Shown here: positions 17,575-26,579 of the stretch, piece by piece
How positions within the stretch are numbered: position 1 is the first letter of the stretch
Layout of the letters: each line of letters begins with the position of its first letter
Origin: a virus
Lineage: Duplodnaviria > Caudoviricetes
DNA: 37,130 nucleotides
Reading direction: 5' to 3' (one strand)
Virus record (IMG/VR): IMGVR_UViG_3300020045_001508
Coordinates: 1-37,130 of that record
Made by a program: the position numbers and the translations under genes
Notes under the pieces: generated by a model
What the model saw: the letters and a program-made list of their open reading frames with translations, nothing else
Databases searched by the model: none
What the model was told of the DNA's origin: nothing

Positions 17575-18753
17575 ATGTCACTTATGCCAATGCAAGGCAA
17601 TCCAGCCGAATTACAACAAATAGCCAATCGCAGAAAGATGGCTGAGCAACTTATGCAGCAAGGTCAGGAACCATTGCAAGGGCAAATGGTATCTGGTCAC
17701 TATGTAGCTCCTAGCTGGACACAGCAACTTGCTAAAGGCTTAAATATGTACATGGGCGGCAAAGGTATGCGTGATGCTGACAACGCCCAAGGCGCTTTTG
17801 AAAAGAAAAAACAAAAAGCTATTGCAGACGCACTAAAAGGCGGAGATAGAGCCGCTATTTATGGTGCAGTTTCTCAATATGGCAAAGACCCATCATTGGA
17901 ATTAGCTTTGGGTGATTTGAACTATGGACGCGAACGTCAAGACCGTCAAGCCGACATTTTAGATACACGACAATACGAAGGCGTGACACATGAGCGCAAT
18001 CGTGGGGAGCAATTGCAAGACATGAAAAATACGCAAGAATTTCAACGCATCATGCAAAAAGAGCAGCAAGGCTTTCAATTAAGCACACAAGAAAAGCAAT
18101 TTGCACAACAAATGAAAATGCAAGCGCAATCGCAAAACTTCCAAGCTGCTCAAAACGCTCAAAATCAACAATTCCAAGCAGGGCAAAGCGATAAAAACAG
18201 AGCGCAACAATTAGAATTAAATAATGCTAGATTAGGCGTAAATGGCGTTAAAATGAGCCCTACTTTACAAAAAGAAATATTTGAGGCAGATGATTTAACG
18301 CAAAGGTCATCTAGCACTTTAGATATGCTTAAACAAGCTCAGCAATTAAACAAGAAAGCATATTCAGGTGTTGGTGCTAAACAACGTGCTGTTATTGCAA
18401 GTAATCTTGGATTTGGGTCTGGTGGGGCTGATGCAACAATAAATCTAGATAATTTAATGACAGGCCAAGCGCTTGAATCTTTAAAAACTACTTTTGGCGC
18501 TGCCCCAACTGATAGCGAACGTAAAATGTTGATTGAGTTACAAGCTAGCGCTGACAAAACGCCTAAACAACGTGAAGATATATTAAATAGGGCGGTTGAG
18601 CTTGCTAACAACCGCTTACAGTTTAATGCAAGTAAAGCTAAAAACTTAAGAACTGGTGAATATTTTAATGAAATGCCAGCATTACCACAAACAACCGCAC
18701 CAAAACAATTGCAACAAAGTCAAGGTGGCGTTAAATTTTTAGGGTTTGAATAA
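17575..18753 (+). CDS. Ejection / DNA transfer protein
   Basis: GQMVSGHYVAPSW..LA N-terminus, Gln-rich, FGAAPTDSE; position in tail module. Confidence 0.7.
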   Translation: MSLMPMQGNPAELQQIANRRKMAEQLMQQGQEPLQGQMVSGHYVAPSWTQQLAKGLNMYMGGKGMRDADNAQGAFEKKKQKAIADALKGGDRAAIYGAVSQYGKDPSLELALGDLNYGRERQDRQADILDTRQYEGVTHERNRGEQLQDMKNTQEFQRIMQKEQQGFQLSTQEKQFAQQMKMQAQSQNFQAAQNAQNQQFQAGQSDKNRAQQLELNNARLGVNGVKMSPTLQKEIFEADDLTQRSSSTLDMLKQAQQLNKKAYSGVGAKQRAVIASNLGFGSGGADATINLDNLMTGQALESLKTTFGAAPTDSERKMLIELQASADKTPKQREDILNRAVELANNRLQFNASKAKNLRTGEYFNEMPALPQTTAPKQLQQSQGGVKFLGFE

Positions 18754-20369
18754 TGCCTGTAGCTAAATTTCAAATGCCTGATGGTCGAATTGGACGGTTT
18801 GAAGTGCCTGAAGGTACTACACCTGAACAGGCTCAAGGTCTAATTACCAGTTATGTTTCACAATCAACGCCAGAACCACAAAAAGAAAGTGGCATAGGTC
18901 AAGATATAGGCAATTTAGCTGCGGGCGCTCTTAGAGGCGCTGGTAGCATTGGTGCTACATTACTAACGCCTTACGACTTGATTGCAGGCAATACGAAATC
19001 TATTGGCAATCCTGAGCGTCGCCAAGCCATGGACGAAGGTTTGCAAATGATGGGCGCTCAACCTGATAGCGGGTTGTATAAAACTGGCAAAATTGGCGGA
19101 GAAATAGCAGGGACTGCTGGTGTCGGCGGCATGCTTGGAAAAGGCGTAGCTGCATTATCACAATCGCCTAAAGCGGTTCAATTAGCTCAAGCATTGCAAT
19201 CAGGTGGATTAAGCGCTAACGGTGCAAATATGGCAACTCGCGTTGGTGCTGGCGCTGCTACAGGCGCGGCTAGCGCTGGGTTAGTTGACCCTGACCAAGC
19301 TATGACAGGTGCAGTTATTGGCGGGTCTTTACCTGCTGGCGTTGGTGCCATTAAAGGATTGGGTTCTTTAGGAATTAAAGCGCTTGGCGGAACTACAGGC
19401 GTTGGTGAAGAGGCTTTATTGCAAGCATTAAAATCAGGTAAAGAAGGTGGTAAGTCTGGACAATCTTTTGCAAGCGCTATGCGAGGCCAGTCAAACATGG
19501 ACGATGTTTTAAACTCAGCAAAACAAAACTTAAGCGTTATGGGGCAACAAAAGCAAGAAGCTTATAGAAAAGGGATGGCTGGAATTAAGTCAGATAAGGC
19601 TATTCTAAATTTAGATGGTGTTGATGATGCTTTAAAGAATGGCATGTCAATGGCAACCTATAAAGGTCAAGTTAAAAATGAAGCCGCTGCAACCGCATTA
19701 AGCAAAATTAATTCCGAAGTACAGAAATGGAAGTCATTAGACCCTGCGGAATTTCATACTCCTGAAGGTTTAGACGCTTTAAAACAACGCATAGGCGGAA
19801 TGATTGAAGACATCCCTTATGAACAAAAAACCGCTTTAAATGCTGCCAATGGCGTTTATAACGCTTTGAAGTCTGAAATTAACAAGCAAGCACCTGATTA
19901 TGCTAAAGTAATGAAAGGTTATTCTGAAGCAAGCGAGACAATATCAGAAATTGAGAAGGCCTTGTCTTTAGGTAAAAAAGCGTCCGCTGATACTTCTATG
20001 CGTAAATTGCAATCGTTAATGAGAAATAACGTTAACACTTCTTACGGCTACAGAACTAAATTAGCAGAACAATTGCAAAATGCAGGTGGTAATGAAATCA
20101 TGCCAGCGTTAGCAGGTCAATCACTTAATGAATTTTTACCTAGAGGCATACAAAGAGCAACTAGCGGAACTGGTGGCGCTGGTCTTGCTTTAACTGGCAA
20201 TATCCCTGCCGCTGTAGGTCTCGCTGCAGTTTCTTCCCCAAGGGTTGTAGGTGAGGCATTGTATGGGGCTGGTAAAGCTTCAGCAAAAGTTAGCCCTGCT
20301 TTAATAAAAGCATTGAAAAAAGCTTCGACAAATCTACCTGTCGTTGGTGCAAGTATCAATAATGAATGA
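18753..20369 (+). CDS. Large ejection / DNA transfer protein
   Basis: PDGR...VPEGTTPEQ start, Gly/Ala-rich hydrophobic segments, SSPRVVGE C-terminus. Confidence 0.7.
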   Translation: MPVAKFQMPDGRIGRFEVPEGTTPEQAQGLITSYVSQSTPEPQKESGIGQDIGNLAAGALRGAGSIGATLLTPYDLIAGNTKSIGNPERRQAMDEGLQMMGAQPDSGLYKTGKIGGEIAGTAGVGGMLGKGVAALSQSPKAVQLAQALQSGGLSANGANMATRVGAGAATGAASAGLVDPDQAMTGAVIGGSLPAGVGAIKGLGSLGIKALGGTTGVGEEALLQALKSGKEGGKSGQSFASAMRGQSNMDDVLNSAKQNLSVMGQQKQEAYRKGMAGIKSDKAILNLDGVDDALKNGMSMATYKGQVKNEAAATALSKINSEVQKWKSLDPAEFHTPEGLDALKQRIGGMIEDIPYEQKTALNAANGVYNALKSEINKQAPDYAKVMKGYSEASETISEIEKALSLGKKASADTSMRKLQSLMRNNVNTSYGYRTKLAEQLQNAGGNEIMPALAGQSLNEFLPRGIQRATSGTGGAGLALTGNIPAAVGLAAVSSPRVVGEALYGAGKASAKVSPALIKALKKASTNLPVVGASINNE

Positions 20370-20420
20370 TACGACCAAATAGACGAAATAGATAAAAAGA
20401 ATTGATTGTAAAATAGTCAT
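20334..20420 (-). CDS. Putative small antisense membrane peptide (28 aa; 33 aa from ATG at 20435)
   Basis: MTILQSILFIYFVYLVVSFIIDTCTNDR; single TM helix; TGn-TACTAT 5 nt upstream of the ATG. Confidence 0.45.
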   Translation of the reverse strand: MTILQSILFIYFVYLVVSFIIDTCTNDR

Positions 20421-20458
20421 AATTAATAGTAACATAAAATTAAACAGGAAAGCAAATC

Positions 20459-21937
20459 ATGAGTAGAAACGGCAGCGGTGTTTACAGCCTCCCAGCTGGA
20501 AATCCAGTAACCACAAACACGACTATATCAAGTTCATGGGCTAATTCTACCCTAAGTGACATAGCAACGGCTCTCACGCAATCTTTATCTAAAGATGGTC
20601 AAACAGTCCCAACTGGCAATTTGCCTATGGGCGGCAATAAATTAACAGGGCTAGGCGCGGCAACTGGCAATGGAGAATCTTTACGCTTTGAGCAGTTATT
20701 TTCGCAAGGTAACCCGATTGATGTTGCTGGGTCAGGAACTACTGACATCGGCTCTGTATCTAGTAACTTTTTAAACATTACAGGTTCAGCGACTATTACT
20801 TCATTTGGTACTAATTACAATGGACCTAAATACCTAAAATTCACAGGCTCAACAACTTTAACTTATAACGCTACAACTTTAGTCACTCCAGCAGCTGCAA
20901 ATATTGTAACTTTGGCTGGAGATACAGCTATTGCTGTTCCAAAATCTACTGCAAGCGGCATTCCTGACGGATGGGAAATTGTTTTTTATAGTGAATTTTA
21001 TGGTTCTGATGTTGCTTTTAAAAACCGCATTATTAACGGTGCAATGCAAATTGACCAAAGAAATAACGGCTCTACAACAACTGGAGAATGGTGTTGCGAT
21101 AGATGGTCAACTATTAATTCAAGCGGCGTTTTAACTAAACAACGTGTTCAAGATTCACCTCAAGGTTTTGGATATTCTCAAAAAGTAACAGTCACTTCTG
21201 CCGGCACTCGAAATTCTGGTGATTTTGCTGCAATAACCCAAAAAATTGAAGGATGCAATATTGCAGATTTAAATTTTGGCTCAGCTAATGCCAAAACAAT
21301 AAGCTTTTCGTTTTGGGTTAAATCTTCATTAACAGGTCTATTTAGTGGAGGATTTTCAAGCGGAAACAACAACAGATTTTATGGGTTCACTTACACAATC
21401 ACTACAGCAAACGTGTGGCAAAAAATAGTTGTACAAGGCGTGCTTGGTGACACTACTGGAGGGATTACAGAATACCCTACATCACAAGGTGGGGTAGCAG
21501 GACTTATCGTCAAATTAGATTTAGGTTCAGGTTCAACTTATCAAGGCACTGCAAATTCTTGGAATTCTCAAACTAATAGACTAGGATTAGCTGGCACAGT
21601 AGGTTTTGCTCAAACTTCTAGCGCTATTTTTCAAGTGACTGAGGTTCAATTGGAAAGAGGATTGTTGGCGACTGATTTTGATTTTCGTGATACTCAACAA
21701 GAATTATCTCGTTGCCAAAGATACTTCGAGCTGATTAACGGTGGTGTTGTTACTGCTTCAATACTAAAAGAATTTTATTACAAAGTTACAAAAGCAAAAT
21801 TACCAACTATTAGCAATATAACTATTAGTTCTGGCTCAGGTGCGACTTTTACAAATATATTCACTAGTCATGTTTACCAAGAAACTGTGAATTCGGTGAA
21901 TACACTGTTTTCTTTATGGGCAACAGCGGAGCTTTAA
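20459..21937 (+). CDS. Tail fibre / receptor-binding protein
   Basis: Anchor MSRNGSGVYSLP...DIATALT...DGQ..PTGNLPMGG; distal FKNRIINGAMQIDQR...ELSRCQRYF domain. Confidence 0.85.
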   Translation: MSRNGSGVYSLPAGNPVTTNTTISSSWANSTLSDIATALTQSLSKDGQTVPTGNLPMGGNKLTGLGAATGNGESLRFEQLFSQGNPIDVAGSGTTDIGSVSSNFLNITGSATITSFGTNYNGPKYLKFTGSTTLTYNATTLVTPAAANIVTLAGDTAIAVPKSTASGIPDGWEIVFYSEFYGSDVAFKNRIINGAMQIDQRNNGSTTTGEWCCDRWSTINSSGVLTKQRVQDSPQGFGYSQKVTVTSAGTRNSGDFAAITQKIEGCNIADLNFGSANAKTISFSFWVKSSLTGLFSGGFSSGNNNRFYGFTYTITTANVWQKIVVQGVLGDTTGGITEYPTSQGGVAGLIVKLDLGSGSTYQGTANSWNSQTNRLGLAGTVGFAQTSSAIFQVTEVQLERGLLATDFDFRDTQQELSRCQRYFELINGGVVTASILKEFYYKVTKAKLPTISNITISSGSGATFTNIFTSHVYQETVNSVNTLFSLWATAEL

Positions 21938-21938
21938 T

Positions 21939-22445
21939 ATGCAATATTTACTCTGGCTAATCTACTTCGTCCCTGCTTTAGCAGTTGAATTGCTTTGCTG
22001 GCTGACAAATCCAATAGCTTGTTTATTCGTAGTAAAACGTGAGCGCACAGATACAGTGAAACGCTTAGATAGGCGCATTGTGACGATGCAACGTGAGTAC
22101 CTATGGGGCGTTTTTAACCTATGGTCAACGCACGATAACGCAGTCGATGAAGGCTGGCATGGATTATATGAAATCCCATTTCTCAGTAGCACAACACAAT
22201 CAGACTATGACAACTCAGCATTAATTCGTTATTGGTGTCGCCTGTGGTGGCTTACTCGTAACACAGCTTATGGTTGGACATATCTTTTATTTAGCGTAAA
22301 TACTGAGAACGGCTGGCAGATTAAAAAAGACATTCCGCTATTTTTTGGATATTATAATTCTGTTAATATAGGCTGGAAGTCGCATAAATTAATGCCTCGC
22401 TTATTATACGCAAACAGGATTATTGGATTACGCAAATACAAATAA
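21939..22445 (+). CDS. Conserved phage membrane-associated protein
   Basis: Hydrophobic N-terminus; WSTHDN..D.G and WLTRNTAYG motifs. Confidence 0.65.
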   Translation: MQYLLWLIYFVPALAVELLCWLTNPIACLFVVKRERTDTVKRLDRRIVTMQREYLWGVFNLWSTHDNAVDEGWHGLYEIPFLSSTTQSDYDNSALIRYWCRLWWLTRNTAYGWTYLLFSVNTENGWQIKKDIPLFFGYYNSVNIGWKSHKLMPRLLYANRIIGLRKYK

Positions 22446-22448
22446 CAA

Positions 22449-22691
22449 ATGGAAAAATCTATGGTCGAACATACAATGACAGAAAAACTGGCAGAAAATG
22501 CCACAATTGGCGGCGGAATAACTGCGGTATTAGGTGGATTAACTAGCACTGATATTGCAGCTTTTGGCGGTTTAATTGTAGGTCTTATTGGTTTGGCTAT
22601 TAACTTGTATTACAAGATTGAAGCGAACGAACGTGCAAAAGAGTTACATAAGAGACGTTTGAAGAAGCTGGAGGAAGAGGACGAATTGTGA
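22449..22691 (+). CDS. Holin (putative)
   Basis: Two hydrophobic segments, GLIGLAINLYYK, charged tail; directly before endolysin. Confidence 0.7.
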   Translation: MEKSMVEHTMTEKLAENATIGGGITAVLGGLTSTDIAAFGGLIVGLIGLAINLYYKIEANERAKELHKRRLKKLEEEDEL

Positions 22692-23131
22692 TTACTTCAG
22701 AAAATGGAATTAAATTAATCGAGAAGTTTGAAGGTTTTAGAGAAAAGCCTTATTTGTGTAGCGCTGGCGTTCCTACCATTGGCATAGGTTCAACACGTTA
22801 CGCAAACGGCGCTAATGTAAAACTTACTGACTATCCTATTACTTTGGTGCAAGCAAAAATGCTGCTAGCTCAAACAATTAAGCCATTTGAAAACGCCGTT
22901 AATCGTTATGTCCAAGTTAAGATTAATCAAAATCAGTTTGATGCGCTAGTATGTTTTGCTTACAACGTCGGATGGCAAGCATTAAGAACTAGCACTTTAC
23001 TTAAAAAATTAAATTCTGGCGATATTGTCGGCGCGTCAAACGAATTTGAAAAATGGAATAAAGCAGGTGGTAGGAAAATACAAGGATTGGTTAATCGCAG
23101 GTTAGCTGAAAAAGCATTATTCCTATCATGA
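22688..23131 (+). CDS. Endolysin (GH24 lysozyme)
   Basis: FEG...YLCSAGVPTIGIG, QNQFDAL..F.YNVG, GLVNRRLAE. Confidence 0.93.
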   Translation: MITSENGIKLIEKFEGFREKPYLCSAGVPTIGIGSTRYANGANVKLTDYPITLVQAKMLLAQTIKPFENAVNRYVQVKINQNQFDALVCFAYNVGWQALRTSTLLKKLNSGDIVGASNEFEKWNKAGGRKIQGLVNRRLAEKALFLS

Positions 23132-23250
23132 AAAGACGAAACAACGACATTAACAAGATAGCACTATTCATTGTATTTTCAGTCATGTTCATGATGGCAT
23201 ATGGTTTGGTATCATTTATTTTACAGTGTATTGATGTTGCATTTGCTTAA
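23128..23250 (+). CDS. Small membrane protein (40 aa, not in track)
   Basis: MKRRNNDINKIALFIVFSVMFMMAYGLVSFILQCIDVAFA; ATGA overlap with endolysin. Confidence 0.5.
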   Translation: MKRRNNDINKIALFIVFSVMFMMAYGLVSFILQCIDVAFA

Positions 23251-23293
23251 AAGTGTTATATAATACAATTACTTACAACAAATAGGCGATTGT

Positions 23294-24274
23294 ATGGCAA
23301 AGTATAACCAAGCAGACTTAGACGCATGGCGTAGCTATGCAACAGTGAGGCAATTAGAATATATAAGAGCAGTAGAAGATAGCAATTATACAGGCATGGA
23401 AGCCGCAAAAAAATTAGGTTTAAATGCTAGCACTATCAACAGAAGTTTAAACGCACTCAAATACAAGTATGATAAAAATGTTAAAAAGATATCATACACT
23501 AGTAAAAAAATAGAATACAAAACATCAACAATTAAGCATTTTATCATACCTGACGTCCAAGCAAAAAAAGGTCATGATTTTGAATATTTAAAAGCCACTG
23601 GCAATTACATTGTAGAAAAAAAGCCAAATGTGATTGTATGTATTGGTGACTTTGCTGACATGGAATCTTTAAGCTCTTACGACAAGGGTTTAAAGTCATT
23701 TGAAGGTAGAAGCTACAACAATGACTTATGGGCTGCTAGAGACGCTATGGACGCTCTATTAACGCCATTATTTGACTACAACAAAACAGCAAAAACGCAA
23801 TATAAGCCAAGAATGGTTTTAACGCTCGGCAATCATGAAAACAGAATCAATAGAGTGATTAACGAAGATAGAAAGCTAGAAGGCTTAATTTCTATTGCTG
23901 ATTTACCTTATCAAGATTGGGAAGTACACGACTTTTTAGACGTTGTGACAATAGACGGTATTGCTTACTCTCACTATTTTACAAGCGGCGTAATGGGAAG
24001 GCCAATAACAAGTTCCAATATGATTTTAAACAAAAAGCACATGAGTTGCTTTGCAGGGCATCAACAAGGTAGACAAATATCTTACGGACGCAGGGCTGAC
24101 GGCAAAGAAATGACTGCTATTATTAGCGGTTCTTTTTATGAGCATAATGAGGACTATTTAGGCTCTCAAGGTAATCAACATTGGCGCGGATGTTATATGT
24201 TTAATGATGTAGATGATGGGGCTTTTGATGAAATGGCTTTAAGTATAAAATACCTTAAAGCTAATTATTTGTAG
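23294..24274 (+). CDS. Calcineurin-like metallophosphoesterase with N-terminal HTH
   Basis: PDVQ, IGDFAD, GNHE, YSH, GHQQ motifs; EAAKKLGLNASTINRSL HTH. Confidence 0.85.
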   Translation: MAKYNQADLDAWRSYATVRQLEYIRAVEDSNYTGMEAAKKLGLNASTINRSLNALKYKYDKNVKKISYTSKKIEYKTSTIKHFIIPDVQAKKGHDFEYLKATGNYIVEKKPNVIVCIGDFADMESLSSYDKGLKSFEGRSYNNDLWAARDAMDALLTPLFDYNKTAKTQYKPRMVLTLGNHENRINRVINEDRKLEGLISIADLPYQDWEVHDFLDVVTIDGIAYSHYFTSGVMGRPITSSNMILNKKHMSCFAGHQQGRQISYGRRADGKEMTAIISGSFYEHNEDYLGSQGNQHWRGCYMFNDVDDGAFDEMALSIKYLKANYL

Positions 24275-24299
24275 TATAATGTAATTTTAGGAGAAATGT

Positions 24300-24506
24300 A
24301 TGGACATTATCGCTGTCATTGTAGGTTTAATTCCTGCTGATTTGTTTGAAACACTTGGTAAATTGTTCGCTTGGGTATCTGCTATTGTTACTGGCGCTTC
24401 AGCTATTGTAGCACTTACACCGACACCTAAGGACGATACAATTTTAGCAACTGTTCGCCATTGGGTAGATATTCTTGCTTTAAACGTATTTAACGCTAAA
24501 AAATAA
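24300..24506 (+). CDS. Small membrane protein (TPTPKDD type, holin-like)
   Basis: ASAIVALTPTPKDD...LALNV; hydrophobic; AGGAG RBS. Confidence 0.6.
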   Translation: MDIIAVIVGLIPADLFETLGKLFAWVSAIVTGASAIVALTPTPKDDTILATVRHWVDILALNVFNAKK

Positions 24507-24585
24507 ACGCATCGCGCCTCTGTCTTGATTGATACGCGCGGTCTTTCTTAATTTAATGGTTTCTAGGACGCCTTTAAATTAATAT

Positions 24586-24616
24586 AGTGAGGCTAAGGTA
24601 TTAGTCTCACTTTTTT
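24586..24616 (+). terminator. Rho-independent terminator
   Basis: agtgaggctaa-ggta-ttagtctcact followed by a T-run. Confidence 0.7.
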
Positions 24617-24631
24617 ATCAAGTGAGAGAAT

Positions 24632-24835
24632 ATGTCGTTTTTACAGATATTTAAGTTATTTGCTACTATTTTAGTTAAACTTTCTGAATATCTGAAAGAA
24701 CGTAAAATTCGTGAACAAATAGCAAAAGAGGCGCAAGATGAAATTGATAAAAAAGTTGTTATTGCTAATCAAGAAAGAAATGATGCTAAAAATTATTCAG
24801 AAGATATAGATAAAAATAATAGAGATATGTTATAA
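24632..24835 (+). CDS. Putative i-spanin (Rz-like)
   Basis: Hydrophobic N-terminus plus coiled coil; lies upstream of a lipoprotein gene. Confidence 0.5.
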   Translation: MSFLQIFKLFATILVKLSEYLKERKIREQIAKEAQDEIDKKVVIANQERNDAKNYSEDIDKNNRDML

Positions 24836-24902
24836 TTAACGAGCTGACAAAGTGCTTCAACACTAAGCCAGCTCTAATCAATTCACCTTACTGGAGGTTA
24901 GT
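24828..24902 (+). promoter_or_regulatory. Extended -10 promoter plus structured leader of HNH gene
   Basis: TGt-TATAAT at 24828-36; gagctg...agtg[cttcaa]cact...cagctc hairpin; loop pairs with SD tggag. Confidence 0.6.
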
Positions 24903-25382
24903 ATGACTAAAGCTATTATAACTCAAGAAGAATTAAAATCACAACTACATTACGACCAAAATACTGGTATATTTACTTGGAAAGAAAAAAAGCAAGGAAG
25001 AACCGCTAATTTAAGCATAACTCCTAAGAGATATTTAAGAATTAAAGTGTTAAATACTGTATATTTAGCTCACAGACTAGCTTGGCTTTATGTATATGGT
25101 GAATTCCCGAAAATCTATATAGACCATATAAATAGAAACCCATCAGATAATAGAATATCTAATTTGAGAGAAACTACTGCAATGCAAAATTCTCAAAACA
25201 TGACTAAAAGCAACAAGCCATTGAATAAGGTAGGTGTTCATTCTTTAAGAAATGGAGGATATAGTTCATCAATCAAAGTAAATAGTAAAACCAAATGGTT
25301 AGGAACTTTTAAAACTGAGGAAGAAGCGCATCAAGCATACTTAATTGCAAAAAGAGAGTTACATGCGTATTGTACTATTTAG
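24903..25382 (+). CDS. HNH homing endonuclease with C-terminal AP2-like domain
   Basis: AHRLAWLYVYG, IDHINRNPSDNRISNLR, WLGTFKTEEEA. Confidence 0.9.
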   Translation: MTKAIITQEELKSQLHYDQNTGIFTWKEKKQGRTANLSITPKRYLRIKVLNTVYLAHRLAWLYVYGEFPKIYIDHINRNPSDNRISNLRETTAMQNSQNMTKSNKPLNKVGVHSLRNGGYSSSIKVNSKTKWLGTFKTEEEAHQAYLIAKRELHAYCTI

Positions 25383-25557
25383 TATTTTATTTTTACTTTC
25401 TAGCTGTTCAACCAATCAGCAAAATATAAAAATATATAAATCAATCCCATGCGCCGCATTAAAGCCTATTAGCTATTCATCAAAAAACGATACGCAAATA
25501 ACTAAAGACCAGATTAAAGAATTTAACGCTGTGTATCAGAAACTTTGCGAATATTAA
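25363..25557 (+). CDS. Putative o-spanin (Rz1-like lipoprotein)
   Basis: MRIVLFSILFLLSS-C lipobox; C..LKPISYS..DT..T..QI...N...C. Confidence 0.7.
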   Translation: MRIVLFSILFLLSSCSTNQQNIKIYKSIPCAALKPISYSSKNDTQITKDQIKEFNAVYQKLCEY

Positions 25558-25759
25558 TACAATAACTAAACGCTTTCTCAAAACCATCTTGCCGTGTATC
25601 AGAAGTATAACCTATCGTAACACTTTGCTTACCAACTTCTGACATTTTACTAATCGACTTTTCAAATAGTTCTTGCGAGCTGTAAAGCGTTTTCATTTCA
25701 TAGCCGATTGTAGCAAGATAGGCTACGTTAGCGCAAGCTTCATTTAGGCTGATTGGCAT
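25523..25759 (-). CDS. Hypothetical protein
   Basis: Likely start MPISLNEA at 25759; last gene of the leftward arm, overlapping the Rz1-like 3' end. Confidence 0.5.
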   Translation of the reverse strand: MPISLNEACANVAYLATIGYEMKTLYSSQELFEKSISKMSEVGKQSVTIGYTSDTRQDGFEKAFSYCINIRKVSDTQR

Positions 25760-25874
25760 CTGATAGACCTTTTTGGTATGCAATCCAAACACTTTTTAAG
25801 AAGGCTGCATCTAGCGAGCCTGTTTCTTTAAGCTTGGCGTTAAATATTTCTTTTAGTTCTTGGGCGTTAATCAT
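25740..25874 (-). CDS. Hypothetical protein (44 aa, not in track)
   Basis: MINAQELKEIFNAKLKETGSLDAAFLKSVWIAYQKG...; GGAG RBS and ATGA overlap. Confidence 0.55.
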   Translation of the reverse strand: MINAQELKEIFNAKLKETGSLDAAFLKSVWIAYQKGLSDANQPK

Positions 25875-26071
25875 TCGTTCACTCCAAAATAATCATTCTC
25901 AGTCCAAACACCACCCAACTCATTAAACGTCTTATTAGCTATCCCAAAACTAGGCTCAATTGGAGACCACACTTTGGAGTGCTTCCAACAATGTTGTGCG
26001 TTGATGCTAGCTAGAGGTGTGTTGCGTAGTATATGTTCGTGTGGTAAATCGTTAAGTATTGTATTTATCAT
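25871..26071 (-). CDS. Hypothetical protein
   Basis: Probable start MINTILND just after the HNH stop. Confidence 0.5.
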   Translation of the reverse strand: MINTILNDLPHEHILRNTPLASINAQHCWKHSKVWSPIEPSFGIANKTFNELGGVWTENDYFGVNE

Positions 26072-26075
26072 ATTT

Positions 26076-26579
26076 TTACTTATAACTTGATGGTTCTTTA
26101 TAAAATTCTCCATGAACTAATTTAGCCCATTGATGATAAGCATCACTTGCATCTTCTGCAGTGTCAAAAAGACCTAAGTGTTTTTGTTTTCCATTTAACC
26201 TAAAATAAGATTGCCATTTACATTTATCTTTATTCCATGTAACACATCGAAATCCACTAGTGTTGTTAATGTGAACACTCCTGTTTCTCATGTTTTCTGT
26301 CCATGTCGCTTCTCGCAAATTAACAATACGATTATCATTGCGAATGCCATTAACATGGTCAATAAACTCTTTTGGCCATGTTCCATATACATAAAGCCAT
26401 GCTAGTCGGTGAGATTTGTAAATCTTGCCATTTATGCCTATTACTATGTATCCTTTTTTATCAAGTGAACCAGCAACATCGCCAACTTTAATGCGTTTAC
26501 TTGTAGAATAAATCCTAGTAAAAACACCAGTATCATGGTCATAGTGCAATAATTCTTTTAATCTTTCTTGTGTAATCAT
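26076..26579 (-). CDS. HNH homing endonuclease with AP2 domain
   Basis: MITQERLKELLHYD, SHRLAWLY, IDHVNGIRNDNRIVNLR, HLGLFDTAEDA. Confidence 0.92.
   Translation of the reverse strand: MITQERLKELLHYDHDTGVFTRIYSTSKRIKVGDVAGSLDKKGYIVIGINGKIYKSHRLAWLYVYGTWPKEFIDHVNGIRNDNRIVNLREATWTENMRNRSVHINNTSGFRCVTWNKDKCKWQSYFRLNGKQKHLGLFDTAEDASDAYHQWAKLVHGEFYKEPSSYK

Noticed and set aside
18339-20359. Antisense ORFs 18339-18611, 19187-19498 and 20117-20359 (also 9270, 11735, 14854, 17037, 21178)
   Set aside because: Shadow ORFs of biased-codon structural genes, with no RBS or protein-like features.
20459-21937. Diversity-generating retroelement or invertible tail-fibre system
   Set aside because: No reverse transcriptase, invertase or template repeat was seen.
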